DNA of 48,332 nucleotides from an uncultured delta proteobacterium (GCA_963787125.1 CAWBBV010000003.1:1-48332); one strand, 5' to 3'. Positions 1 to 8,668 are shown, numbered from the stretch's first letter. Notes: a model not told the origin generated them from the sequence alone. Numbers and translations are program-made.

Positions 1-1895
1 TAGCCGGGGGTTTTTCTCCCCCAGCCCCCACACCACCGGACATGCGGGTCCGCATCCGGCGGTTCGATAGAATTACCGGGCCGTAGCCGGGTAGTGAAGC
101 TTCACCCACAGTTCTTTGACAGATAATAAGCCTTGATCCTTCAGACATTTGTTGGTCAAACCGGTATGAGCAGCCAATCTTCGGGACATCGCCCACGGGC
201 CGCTTCTATTCAGGCCCGCTCGGATGGCGGTGAATTTCTCCGTCCCCAACTTGAGCAGCTCCCGAATTTTGGTACGACACCAGCGCCACTGTTTCCAGTA
301 ACAGAGCCGTATCCTGCGCCTTATCCAACCGTCTATTTCCGGAATTTCACGGTAATACTCCGATATTCCGAAGTACCCCATCCAGCCACGGAGATATTGA
401 GCCAGTTTATACAACCGGTACTTCATGGAGACCCGCCAGCTTCTTCCGGTATACTGTTTGACGCGGCGTCTGAATTCCTTGTATGCCTTGTCAGACCAGA
501 TGATGCGGGTGCCACTGAAGATAAAACCAAGGAAGTCGATGCGGGATGTTCTTGCTACCGCACTCTTGGTTTCATTGACGTTAAGCTTGAGTTTGCTGGT
601 CAGGAAGGTTTTCATCCCTTCCATTACCCGGACGCCGGCGCGCTGGCTTTTGACGAGGATGACGAAGTCGTCTGCATAGCGGACGAACTTGTGACCGCGT
701 TTCTCAAGTTCTTTGTCCAGTGTGTCGAGCAGGATATTGGCAAGAAGCGGCGAGAGGGGGCCACCCTGGGGAACACCCAGTCTGGTCTTTTCAAGACGCC
801 CGTTTACCTTTACACCTGCCCGTAAGTACGTGCCGATCAGGGCTAGTACCCGCTTGTCGTGAACTTTCTTGCTCACAAGGTGCATGAGCAGATCATGGTT
901 GACCGTGTCGAAGAACTTGGCAAGGTCAATATCCACGGCAATCCGGTATCCCTGCTGGATGTACTCCCGCACCTTTCGGACAGCATCTTTTGCTGACCGA
1001 CGGGGACGGAAACCGAAGCTCGATGCGGAGAAGTCCGGATCGAAGATCGGTGTCAACACTTGGGCAATGGACTGTTGGATCAGCCGGTCAAGTACAGTGG
1101 GTATCCCCAGCGGACGGGTTCCACCCGTTGCTTTGGGAATCTCTACCCGCTTTACCGGCAAAGGTTGGTAACTGCCTGTCATTAGCGATTCGCGAATAGT
1201 GTTCCAGTGAGAACGGGTATGGTCGGGGAATTGTTCGATGGTGATGCCATCGACGCCGGGTGCGCCCTTATTGGCTTTGACCCGTTTCCACGCTTGCTCC
1301 ATGTTCGCACTGGAGAGTATCCGCTCCAGTAGGTGCTGCTCAGGGGTTGGCTGATCAATGACGCGCTCCATAGGCATTCCCCCGGACGGGTTCTTTATGT
1401 CATGAAAGCTCATTGGTGCTACTCCCCTTTCTTCGTTCGGCCCTTCGGCGGGGTAAGGCTTCCCGGACTCTGCCGGGCTTGTTTCCAGTTGCCGGATCGC
1501 TTGCGGCAACGTCTCGCGCCTACTATGGCTTCTGCTGACTTCTGTCCGATACCCGGCATGTTGCCATGCAGAGCGCAGCCCCACGTATCTGGAACGGCAA
1601 TTCGGACAGATCTCCCCGGATAAGAACGTGAACTGTGGCTACACAACCGCAGCATTTACCATTTCTCCTGAACCCATGGGACTTCGTCATGTTGTGCTGA
1701 CTTGCCCGGATGATGGCCTTGTATGCTGTTTCTGTTCGTCGGCTCATAGCTTTGCGCTCCGGCTTCCTCCAGACCCCTCCTCGCGGAGACGCCCTTGCCT
1801 TCGGCTAGTACTTGGTTTACGCTGTCTCGCGACAGTGTTGGATTCACCGTACAGGGGACTTGCACCCCATAAGTTCACGCCCATGACGGGCGTAC
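1..1895 (-). mobile_element. Group II intron, class IIC (attC-targeting type); 3' end lies a few bases beyond the left edge
   Basis: Minus strand begins GTACGCCCGTCATGGGCG at 1895. Short class-C domain V (GAACCGCCGGATGCGGACCCGCATGTCCGGTGGTG, 65-31) is followed by a domain VI-like hairpin running off the edge. Encloses an RT/maturase ORF. Confidence 0.93.
73..1413 (-). CDS. ltrA: Group II intron reverse transcriptase/maturase, no endonuclease domain
   Basis: Motifs NKGAPGVDG, RPLGIPTVLDR, GVPQGGPLSPLLANI, RYADD, and maturase GWMGYF. Start moved from 1584 to ATG 1413, which has AAGGGGAG upstream. Confidence 0.95.
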   Translation of the reverse strand: MSFHDIKNPSGGMPMERVIDQPTPEQHLLERILSSANMEQAWKRVKANKGAPGVDGITIEQFPDHTRSHWNTIRESLMTGSYQPLPVKRVEIPKATGGTRPLGIPTVLDRLIQQSIAQVLTPIFDPDFSASSFGFRPRRSAKDAVRKVREYIQQGYRIAVDIDLAKFFDTVNHDLLMHLVSKKVHDKRVLALIGTYLRAGVKVNGRLEKTRLGVPQGGPLSPLLANILLDTLDKELEKRGHKFVRYADDFVILVKSQRAGVRVMEGMKTFLTSKLKLNVNETKSAVARTSRIDFLGFIFSGTRIIWSDKAYKEFRRRVKQYTGRSWRVSMKYRLYKLAQYLRGWMGYFGISEYYREIPEIDGWIRRRIRLCYWKQWRWCRTKIRELLKLGTEKFTAIRAGLNRSGPWAMSRRLAAHTGLTNKCLKDQGLLSVKELWVKLHYPATAR

Positions 1896-1956
1896 ACGAG
1901 ACCAGTGGACCCGGTCGCGATAAACCTGCGCCGGGTCACCGGCCGAACCGTTGGCT
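1896..1956 (+). other. attC-like integron recombination site interrupted by the intron
   Basis: Imperfect palindrome CCAGTGGAC-CCGG...CCGG-GTCACCGG with an extra base in the left arm, ending in core site GTTGGCT (GTTRRRY-like, 1950-1956). The inverse core is cut just before AC by the intron. Confidence 0.75.
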
Positions 1957-1967
1957 GAAGGAATGAA

Positions 1968-2246
1968 ATGGATATCGGATTCCTCGCGATAGTAGTCATC
2001 TCGGAAGTAATTTCCTTATTTTGTCTCTATCGACTGTGGAAGGGGTACGACAAGACATTTGTGAAACTTCTGTGGTCGCTGGTTCTAGCCATCCCTTTTC
2101 TTGGGCCGATCTTCTATGGTGGCTTCCATAATCCCCCGCCAACTCAATCTGATGATTTAAAGGCCCCATTTACTAGCGAAACTTTTTGGGAGGACACAAA
2201 TGCCCACGAGCATGTAGGTCACGGGAATAGTCACGATAGCGACTAA
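1968..2246 (+). CDS. Small membrane protein (2 TM segments, acidic/His-rich tail); probable integron cassette ORF
   Basis: ATG 11 nt after the core site with AAGGA RBS. Two hydrophobic segments (WSLVLAIPFLGPIFY resembles PLDc_N). CAGCCAAT at 2261-2268 complements GTTGGCTG. Confidence 0.7.
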   Translation: MDIGFLAIVVISEVISLFCLYRLWKGYDKTFVKLLWSLVLAIPFLGPIFYGGFHNPPPTQSDDLKAPFTSETFWEDTNAHEHVGHGNSHDSD

Positions 2247-2330
2247 CGCGAAAGAAACTACAGCCAATAGGCGACTGAATATAGCCCGAGAAGAATATGA
2301 AATCAGGTGTCAAACTTATTAAGGGGCTAG

Positions 2331-2356
2331 GGGGACGTTGTTTGTTAGTTGATTAG
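2331..2356 (+). repeat. Solo copy of the RAYT-like element end motif
   Basis: GGGGACGTTGTTTGTTAGTTGATTAG versus GGGGACGTTGTTGATTAGTCAACTAA at 47300-47325. Confidence 0.7.
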
Positions 2357-2434
2357 CACTAGATAAATAGCTGATATTGCTTATTTAGATTTGCCATACT
2401 GTGTGATCAGGAAATGTTAGCAAGCCAGTAAACA

Positions 2435-2492
2435 GAACCTTGGGGGGTCGTTGCTCACTAATTAACTATTGCCATCAATACACTCCAGAGAG
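2435..2492 (+). repeat. Repeat A copy 1 (58 bp)
   Basis: Matches 3072-3129 with 3 mismatches. Confidence 0.95.
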
Positions 2493-2678
2493 GGTGACTG
2501 CGAGCCAGTGGGAGAAGGGGTTTTCGAGATGCGGATTCACTCTGGCCCCGGATATCGTGTCTATTTTACCCGGCGGGGTACGATAATTTACCTGCTGCTT
2601 CTTGGTGGCAACAAAGCAACTCAGAAACGTGACATCAAGCATGCCATTAAAATGGCGAGTAGCTTATGCGAGGATTAA
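2493..2678 (+). pseudogene. 5'-truncated RelE/ParE-superfamily addiction-module killer toxin (HI1419-like)
   Basis: GDCEPVGEGVFEMRIHSGPGYRVYF...LLLLGGNKATQKRDI is the C-terminal part of this family. The N-terminal part is replaced by repeat A. Confidence 0.85.
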
Positions 2679-2682
2679 TACC

Positions 2683-2970
2683 ATGACTCATTTTACTACA
2701 TTTGACAGTGCTGATTACCTGGACAACGAAGAGACCATTGCTGCCTACTTGACCGCTGCACTGGAAGACCCCGACCCAGACACATTTCTCACTGCTGTGA
2801 AGAGTGTGGCTCGTGCTCGTGGCATGACCCAGTTGGCAAAAGATTCCGGTTTGGGCCGGGAAAGTCTTTACAAGGCGCTCACTCCTGGCGCGAAACCGCG
2901 TTACGAGACGGTTATGAAAGTGATCAGGGCGCTGGGTGTTGATCTCCATGCCGAAATACGTCATGCCTGA
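2683..2970 (+). CDS. Addiction-module antidote, HTH antitoxin (HI1420-like)
   Basis: FDSADYLDNEETIAAYL...VARARGMTQLAKDSGLGRESLYKAL; GAGGA RBS before ATG 2683. Confidence 0.92.
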   Translation: MTHFTTFDSADYLDNEETIAAYLTAALEDPDPDTFLTAVKSVARARGMTQLAKDSGLGRESLYKALTPGAKPRYETVMKVIRALGVDLHAEIRHA

Positions 2971-2992
2971 TCCGAGTGAGAAAGGCTGTACG

Positions 2993-3061
2993 AAGTATAA
3001 GGGTCAACTCTCCATTCCACATTTTTAGAATACCTCTAACCCCTCCTAGCTGAAATCAGGC
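2993..3061 (+). repeat. Repeat B copy 1 (69 bp; intact, equals the empty IS630 site)
   Basis: Matches 3131-3186 joined to 4331-4343 with 4 mismatches. Confidence 0.95.
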
Positions 3062-3071
3062 GTTATAGTTG

Positions 3072-3129
3072 GAACCTTGGGGGGACGTTGCTCACTAATT
3101 AACTATTGCCATCAATCCACTTCAGAGAG
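3072..3129 (+). repeat. Repeat A copy 2
   Basis: GAACCTTGGGGGGACGTTGCTCACTAATTAACTATTGCCATCAAT..., near-identical to 2435-2492. Confidence 0.95.
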
Positions 3130-3130
3130 A

Positions 3131-3186
3131 AAGCATAAGGGTCAACTCTCCATTCCCCATTTTCAGAATACCTCTAACCCATCCTA
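3131..3186 (+). repeat. Repeat B copy 2, left part (continues at 4331-4343 after IS630)
   Basis: Direct comparison with 2993-3061. Confidence 0.95.
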
Positions 3187-4328
3187 GTGTTTAATTGCAT
3201 AAGTTAGCTATTGTATTTCTAAGCTGAGCGCCTCTGACTTCTCGTTTGCGCCAAACAAAAGGAGAAGCGGTTTCGTTGTAGCTGGCAATAAATGCTTCGA
3301 TTGAATTCGTCAACTGTTCCGTGCTTGAGAAACTGGCTCCAGATAAGGTTTTACGGCTAAGTATCCCAAACCATATTTCTACCTGATTGAGCCAACTGGC
3401 CGAGGTCGGCGTAAAGTGGAAGTGGACATTGGGATGTAAGGCCAGCCAATCTTCATTTTTCTTGTGTGTACAGTAGTTGTCGAGAATTACATGAATATCT
3501 TCACCATCTGGAACCGTTGACACTATATCATCGAGAAACGCCTGAAAGTCCGGTCGTTTTTTAGTTACAGTTGTTTTCGACTGGATAGTTCCGGCGGCAA
3601 CATCTAGTGCTGCAAATAGATTGATGACGCCATGCCGCTTATAGGTGCTCTTCAGGCCGCGAACAATTTTACCGCTGCTTGTCTGCACATAACCGGTTGA
3701 CCGCTCCAAGGCCTGTATAGATGGTTTCTCGTCAATACAGAGTACCAATGCTTTCTGTGGCGGTGCCAGGTATAAGCCGATTATGTCGGCTGACTTTACC
3801 GAGAATTCAGGATCAGTGCTGACACACCACGAACGGTGTCGCCGCAACTGAATGCCGTTTTTACGCAGTATGCGCCAGACAACATCATCTGAGACCGCCA
3901 ATGCTTTAGCCAGTGCACCGCCATCCCATGCCGCCAGACCTGCTGGCGGAGACTCTTCCAGCTTGGCGAGTATGCGCTGCCTTAACTCTAATGCTGGATA
4001 TTTAGCTGGCTTGCCGGAACGGGGTTTGTCGTATAAACCCGAAAGACCATGAGCCGCAAAGCGTTTACGCCAGATGCCCACAGTCAGCGCTTGCGTATCA
4101 AGCTCGGCTGCGACCTCATCATTGCGCTTACCGGACAGACAGTAAAGTATGATTTTAACTCGCTCCACAATGCGTATTTCTTCGGTCCGGCTTCTGCTTA
4201 TGCGCTCTAGCTCTTGCACGACCTTGGGCTCACAAGTTAGCGCTATTGCAACCCTGGGCATATGACACCTCCATCTCTAGTGGGATGGAGACAGTATAAT
4301 ACTTATATTAACTATTGCAACTAAACAC
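3187..4328 (-). mobile_element. IS630-family insertion sequence, 1142 bp
   Basis: Terminal inverted repeats GTGTTTAATTGCATAAGTTA / GTGTTTAGTTGCAATAGTTA. TA duplicated (3185-3186 and 4329-4330) in a CTAG target. Confidence 0.95.
3191..4261 (-). CDS. IS630-family DDE transposase
   Basis: Motifs CIDEKPSIQAL, YKRHG, ILDNYCTHK, FTPTSASWLNQVEIWF. Confidence 0.96.
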   Translation of the reverse strand: MPRVAIALTCEPKVVQELERISRSRTEEIRIVERVKIILYCLSGKRNDEVAAELDTQALTVGIWRKRFAAHGLSGLYDKPRSGKPAKYPALELRQRILAKLEESPPAGLAAWDGGALAKALAVSDDVVWRILRKNGIQLRRHRSWCVSTDPEFSVKSADIIGLYLAPPQKALVLCIDEKPSIQALERSTGYVQTSSGKIVRGLKSTYKRHGVINLFAALDVAAGTIQSKTTVTKKRPDFQAFLDDIVSTVPDGEDIHVILDNYCTHKKNEDWLALHPNVHFHFTPTSASWLNQVEIWFGILSRKTLSGASFSSTEQLTNSIEAFIASYNETASPFVWRKREVRGAQLRNTIANLCN

Positions 4329-4360
4329 TAGCTGAAATCAGGCTTGGTTATATTTAGATA

Positions 4361-4392
4361 AAGAAAAAGGCGCTTTCCAGCGCCTTTTTCTT
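4361..4392. terminator. Bidirectional intrinsic terminator
   Basis: AAGAAAAAGGCGCT-ttcc-AGCGCCTTTTTCTT. Confidence 0.85.
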
Positions 4393-4404
4393 ATTCCATT
4401 CACT

Positions 4405-4800
4405 TTACCAAACTATGTCCAGACCAGTGACAGTTGCCAGCTTCCGATCAGACGTCACCAGTTTTGCTTTAGAAAGAAAGGCACTGGCTGCAATAATTCT
4501 GTCGGCAGGATCTCCGTGAGGGCAAAAGCCTGCTTGGGCGCTCTTGACAGCTATTTCCGGCGTAATGGGTAATGCCTTGATATTCTTCGCCGTCAGAACA
4601 AGTTGAATATATTTTTGTGGATCCGTGCCCGGATTAAGTCGCCCCTTTGAAACCAGCATGGCGATCTCCCAGAGCGAAATGTCACAACAAGCCAGCGTAC
4701 CGGCCTCATCAGCCTTGGCAATTGCCGCTACTGCCTTCTTGCTGAGCCTTGCCGGATCCAGTGAATCAAAAACAAGGGCACAGGTGTCAAGAATCAGCAC
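4405..4800 (-). CDS. vapC: PIN-domain VapC toxin
   Basis: LILDT...ISLWEIAML...HGDPADRIIAASA...LVTSD. Confidence 0.93.
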   Translation of the reverse strand: MLILDTCALVFDSLDPARLSKKAVAAIAKADEAGTLACCDISLWEIAMLVSKGRLNPGTDPQKYIQLVLTAKNIKALPITPEIAVKSAQAGFCPHGDPADRIIAASAFLSKAKLVTSDRKLATVTGLDIVW

Positions 4801-5026
4801 AATCTACCTCCCATTTTTCATCAAGAGAGGTGACCACATCACCGATATGACATGCAGCTCTAAGCGCGACTAGCTGCTCCAGGGCTCTCTGGCGCTCATC
4901 CGCAGGCGGCACCAATCGAGCTATAACTTTGCCGCGCGAAGTAAGCGCAATATCTTCGCCCAATCTAACTCTGCCGAGGTAGTCAGGAATATGTTTTCGG
5001 AAAGTACTGACGGTAACTTTAATCAT
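4787..5026 (-). CDS. Phd/YefM-family antitoxin
   Basis: VTVSTFRKHIPDYLGRVRLGEDIALTSRGKVIARLVP; overlaps the vapC start. Confidence 0.92.
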   Translation of the reverse strand: MIKVTVSTFRKHIPDYLGRVRLGEDIALTSRGKVIARLVPPADERQRALEQLVALRAACHIGDVVTSLDEKWEVDCADS

Positions 5027-5044
5027 GGGAAGCCCTCCTCAAGC

Positions 5045-5061
5045 GTACATTTTAAATGTAC
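5045..5061. promoter_or_regulatory. Probable antitoxin operator palindrome
   Basis: GTACATTT-T-AAATGTAC just upstream of the phd RBS. Confidence 0.65.
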
Positions 5062-5122
5062 ACTACCATAGAGGGAAGTTCAAGGGTGAACAACGCTTTA
5101 TTATTGCTCACTCCAGTCACTT

Positions 5123-6016
5123 TCAACCTTTAGCCGCAACATATTCCGCCATCCCCCGATAGGTATTACCGAAAAAATACCGCTCCCGCGCCTGAATGTC
5201 TTCCGGCAGCTGCGAGAAGTTGCGGTAATGCTCGTCATGCTCCTGCAACCAGGTAAAGAACGCCTCTTCCCGTTCAGTCTCGCTCACAGTCGCAACTTCA
5301 GCCGCACCTTTGACCCAGAGGAGCAGCTGATTTCTGGCAATGGTCAGATGCTGTACCGCCGTATCAACCAGGCCGTAATGAGCAAACACCATTCGCCTTG
5401 GCTTGAGGGCCAGCATCCGCTCCACGGAAGCAAGGGCAATCTCCAGCATGAATTTTGGCGGCGTTGCCGGGCGAAGATAGATCCCCTCCGCCACGGCAGA
5501 GCGAGCACCGGCTACCTCACCGGCAAAAAGAAGATCCGAGAGCAGGTAGCAGCAGTGATGCTGGGCATGGCCGGGGGTCAGAAAGGCACGCACACCGGTG
5601 GCGCCGATCACCTCTTCAAAGAGGATGTTACCCTCCGGCACCGGCACGATCTCGCCATAGGCAGCGGCCAGTTGCGGGCCGAGCACCTTTTGCGACCCCT
5701 CCCAGAGCTTTGCCGGAGCGACCAGATGGCGGATGCCGTCCGGGTGGCAGATAACTTTCGCCGTGGGGAACTCCTTGAGCAGCGCGCCAGTGCCACCGGC
5801 ATGATCGATATGGATATGGGTGAGAAGGATGTAGTCGAGCCGCCCTACCCCGTAGCGGCGCAGTTCGGCAATGAGGTACGGGATGGTCGACAGCGGACCG
5901 GGATCGACCACCAGATTGAAGTTCTCACCACAGTAAAGCCAGGAGCTGATGAACTGGCGAAAGCCGGTCAGCCCCGGCTGATCAAGGTCTATACAGACAG
6001 GAAAGTTGATTTTCAT
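5123..6016 (-). CDS. MBL-fold metallo-hydrolase
   Basis: THIHIDHAGG and TPGHAQHH motifs. Confidence 0.9.
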   Translation of the reverse strand: MKINFPVCIDLDQPGLTGFRQFISSWLYCGENFNLVVDPGPLSTIPYLIAELRRYGVGRLDYILLTHIHIDHAGGTGALLKEFPTAKVICHPDGIRHLVAPAKLWEGSQKVLGPQLAAAYGEIVPVPEGNILFEEVIGATGVRAFLTPGHAQHHCCYLLSDLLFAGEVAGARSAVAEGIYLRPATPPKFMLEIALASVERMLALKPRRMVFAHYGLVDTAVQHLTIARNQLLLWVKGAAEVATVSETEREEAFFTWLQEHDEHYRNFSQLPEDIQARERYFFGNTYRGMAEYVAAKG

Positions 6017-6032
6017 GATTCCCCCATTTCAT

Positions 6033-7559
6033 TCAATGTTGATCGATCCGGACTTTTTTAAGCAGCAGTAACAGCGGGATTATGCCGATGAAAGCCAGAC
6101 CCACATACCAGAAAATATGGTTGTAGGCAAGCATGCCGGCGTTACGACGGAGATTGCCGTAAATAATTGCGGTAGCCTGTTTCTCAGCAGTGAAGCTGTC
6201 GACGCCGCGGTAGACAAGCGCTGTTTTGAGCTGTTCTACCGTCATCCTGAACTTTGTGCCGATGCTGTTCATCTGCGCTGCCAGCTGCACCTGAAAGAAC
6301 TGGCTGTCCCTGGCAAGCAGGGTTGTGGCAATGGCAATGCCGAAACTCCCCCCCATGTTCCGCATCAGATTGTACATCCCTGTGGCATTCCCCATCTCTT
6401 CTTTCTGAATGGTGGCAAGGGTTATTGTTGTCAGCGGCACAAAGGTCATGGCCAGACCGATGCCTAGAATGATCCGCGGCCAGACAAAATCCGGGTAGGC
6501 AGCATCAAGGGAAAAACCGCGCATGATGAACATTGCTGCAGCGCCGATAGAAAGACCGAAAAAGACGATCTTCCTGCCGTCATATTTCTGCAGCATGGCG
6601 CCGACAATCGGCATGGTGATGAGCGTTGCCAGCCCCCCCGGCGCCAGTACCATCCCGGCTTTGGTGGCGTTATATCCCATGAGCGTCTGGAGAAAGAGCG
6701 GGATCATGACGATGGAGCTGTAAAGGCAAAAACCGACCACAAACATGATGCAGGTGCCGGCCGCGTAGGAGATATTTTTGAAAAGGCGCAGATTGACAAT
6801 CGGTTGGGGATTGCGCAGTTCGGTCCTGACCATGAGGATCAGGGAGATAATCGAGATGGCGCTGAAGGCAAGAATGAAGGGGGAGTTGAACCAATCCTCC
6901 TGTTGCCCTTTATCCAGCACCACCTGAAGAGAACCGAGGCCGGTCGTCAAAAAAAGCAGCCCCCAGTAATCGATCTTCATTTTCACCCGCTTCATGTATA
7001 CCGGATCGTGAATATAAGCGCTGGCCATGATGACAGCGATGAGGCCGAAAGGGATATTGATGTAGAAGATCCAGCGCCAGTTCATGTTATCGGTAATCCA
7101 CCCCCCCAGCGCCGGGCCGATGATCGGCCCGAACATGGCGCCGACACCGAAGATTGCCATGGCCATCCCCCGCTGTTGGGGCGGGAAGGTCTCCATCATG
7201 ATCGCCTGGCTGATCGGGATCAGCGCGCCGCCGGCAGCCCCCTGAAGAATTCTGAAGAAGATCAGCGTCGCCAGGTTGGGCGATGCGCCACAGAGGAGGG
7301 ACGAGAGGGTAAAAAGGATGATGCAGGTAATGAGAAAGCGTTTACGGCCAAACAGTCTGGCCAGCCAGCCGGTCATCGGGAGGACAACGGCATTACTGAC
7401 CAGATAGCTGGTAAGAACCCAGGTTACCTCGTCAGTGCCGGCGTTGAGGCTCCCCTGCATGTGCGGCAGAGCCACATTGGCAACCGAAGTGTCGATGATC
7501 TCCATCACCGTCGGCAGCATGACCGTGATGGTTATGAGCCACTTGTTGACAATTTTCAT
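6033..7559 (-). CDS. emrB: DHA2-family (EmrB/QacA) MFS efflux permease
   Basis: MEIIDTSVANVALPHMQGSL, WVLTSYL, WRWIFYINIP; many TM segments. Confidence 0.95.
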   Translation of the reverse strand: MKIVNKWLITITVMLPTVMEIIDTSVANVALPHMQGSLNAGTDEVTWVLTSYLVSNAVVLPMTGWLARLFGRKRFLITCIILFTLSSLLCGASPNLATLIFFRILQGAAGGALIPISQAIMMETFPPQQRGMAMAIFGVGAMFGPIIGPALGGWITDNMNWRWIFYINIPFGLIAVIMASAYIHDPVYMKRVKMKIDYWGLLFLTTGLGSLQVVLDKGQQEDWFNSPFILAFSAISIISLILMVRTELRNPQPIVNLRLFKNISYAAGTCIMFVVGFCLYSSIVMIPLFLQTLMGYNATKAGMVLAPGGLATLITMPIVGAMLQKYDGRKIVFFGLSIGAAAMFIMRGFSLDAAYPDFVWPRIILGIGLAMTFVPLTTITLATIQKEEMGNATGMYNLMRNMGGSFGIAIATTLLARDSQFFQVQLAAQMNSIGTKFRMTVEQLKTALVYRGVDSFTAEKQATAIIYGNLRRNAGMLAYNHIFWYVGLAFIGIIPLLLLLKKVRIDQH

Positions 7560-8668
7560 TTCAGATTTTTAAAATTGAGCAGCTCGGCCAGAGTCCTTTC
7601 GGTGAAAATCGTCGGCACAACGCTCATCCCGGCGCGGAGCAGCTGGTCTGGATCACTTTGATGATCGATGGCGATTCTCACCGGAATCCGCTGGACAACT
7701 TTCACATAATTACCGGTGGCATTCTCTGGGGGGAGCAGGGAGAAGGCGGCGCCGGTTCCGGCCATGATACTCTCCACCTTACCGGTGAACTTCTTTGCCG
7801 GATAAGCGTCAACGCTGAATTCGACCCTTTGTCCCGGAGTGACGCTTGCAAGCTGACTCTCCTTGTAGTTGGCCGTAATCCAGGCATCTTCCAGCGAAAC
7901 CAGCACCATCACCGGCTGGCCTACCTGAATAAAATTGCCCGGCTCAACACTCTTGCGGGTGACAAAGCCGTCTGCCGGCGCAATGACCTTTGTGTACTGG
8001 AGGTGATTCTCGGCTTCATCCAGCTGTGCCCTGCGCTGGGCAGCCTTTGCCTCCCTGCTGCCGGTGCTTGACAGCCCGGCTTCAGCCTGAAACCTTTTAA
8101 CAAGCTCCTCTTTCTCCTCAACCAGGGCTGACGCAATTTTTGTCCCGGTCTCAAGCCGCTCCAGCTGCTCACGGGGGATGACATCTTTGGCAAACAGTGC
8201 CCTGCCGCGTTTCAGGTCGCTCTCCGCCTGTAAAAGTTTTGCTTTGCTCTGCTGCAGCTCGGCGCGACTCTGCTCGACCCTGGCGTAATCGCCGGAAGTT
8301 TCGTTCTGGGTGACGTCGAGGGCAGCCGTAGCCGCTTCAACCTTTACCCGGTAGTCTGTAGGCTCAATTTCATAAAGAAGATCACCTTTATGGACAAACT
8401 GGTTATCCTTGACCGCTACAGATTCAACCCTGCCGGCAACCTTGGCGGAGACAGAATAAAGATGCGCCTCAATAAAGGCGTTATCGGTGGTGATGTTGGT
8501 CGAACTCCTGAGCCACCAGTAACCACCGCCGATAATGCTGAAGATGATTAAAATCGTCAGAATCAGGCCGACCCATCTTTTATTGTTACCGTTTTTTTGG
8601 GGAGAGTCGGCTTGCGCCGGCGCCGGTTCCGACGTTGCCGGATCGATTCCGGGTAATGATTCTTTCAT
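7556..8668 (-). CDS. emrA: EmrA/HlyD-family membrane fusion protein
   Basis: TTDNAFIE and FSLLPPENATGNYVKVVQRIPVRI; ATG 8668 with GAGG RBS. Confidence 0.93.
   Translation of the reverse strand: MKESLPGIDPATSEPAPAQADSPQKNGNNKRWVGLILTILIIFSIIGGGYWWLRSSTNITTDNAFIEAHLYSVSAKVAGRVESVAVKDNQFVHKGDLLYEIEPTDYRVKVEAATAALDVTQNETSGDYARVEQSRAELQQSKAKLLQAESDLKRGRALFAKDVIPREQLERLETGTKIASALVEEKEELVKRFQAEAGLSSTGSREAKAAQRRAQLDEAENHLQYTKVIAPADGFVTRKSVEPGNFIQVGQPVMVLVSLEDAWITANYKESQLASVTPGQRVEFSVDAYPAKKFTGKVESIMAGTGAAFSLLPPENATGNYVKVVQRIPVRIAIDHQSDPDQLLRAGMSVVPTIFTERTLAELLNFKNLK

Noticed and set aside
73..1413. RT as a retron, DGR or defence-associated RT
   Set aside because: It has a maturase domain and flanking group II intron 5' end and domain V/VI; no TR/VR pair or msr-msd seen.
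2435..3186. Repeats as a CRISPR array
   Set aside because: Only two copies each of 58-bp and 69-bp units, irregular spacing and no cas genes.
4307..4318. 12-mer ATTAACTATTGC shared by the IS630 right end and repeat A
   Set aside because: Short and AT-rich, and similarity does not extend to the IS terminus; treated as coincidence.
5228..8071. Long antisense ORFs (5228-6061, 6804-7661, 7658-8071) and similar ones opposite thrS, mutL and the RT
   Set aside because: Shadow frames of well-supported genes with no recognisable motifs.
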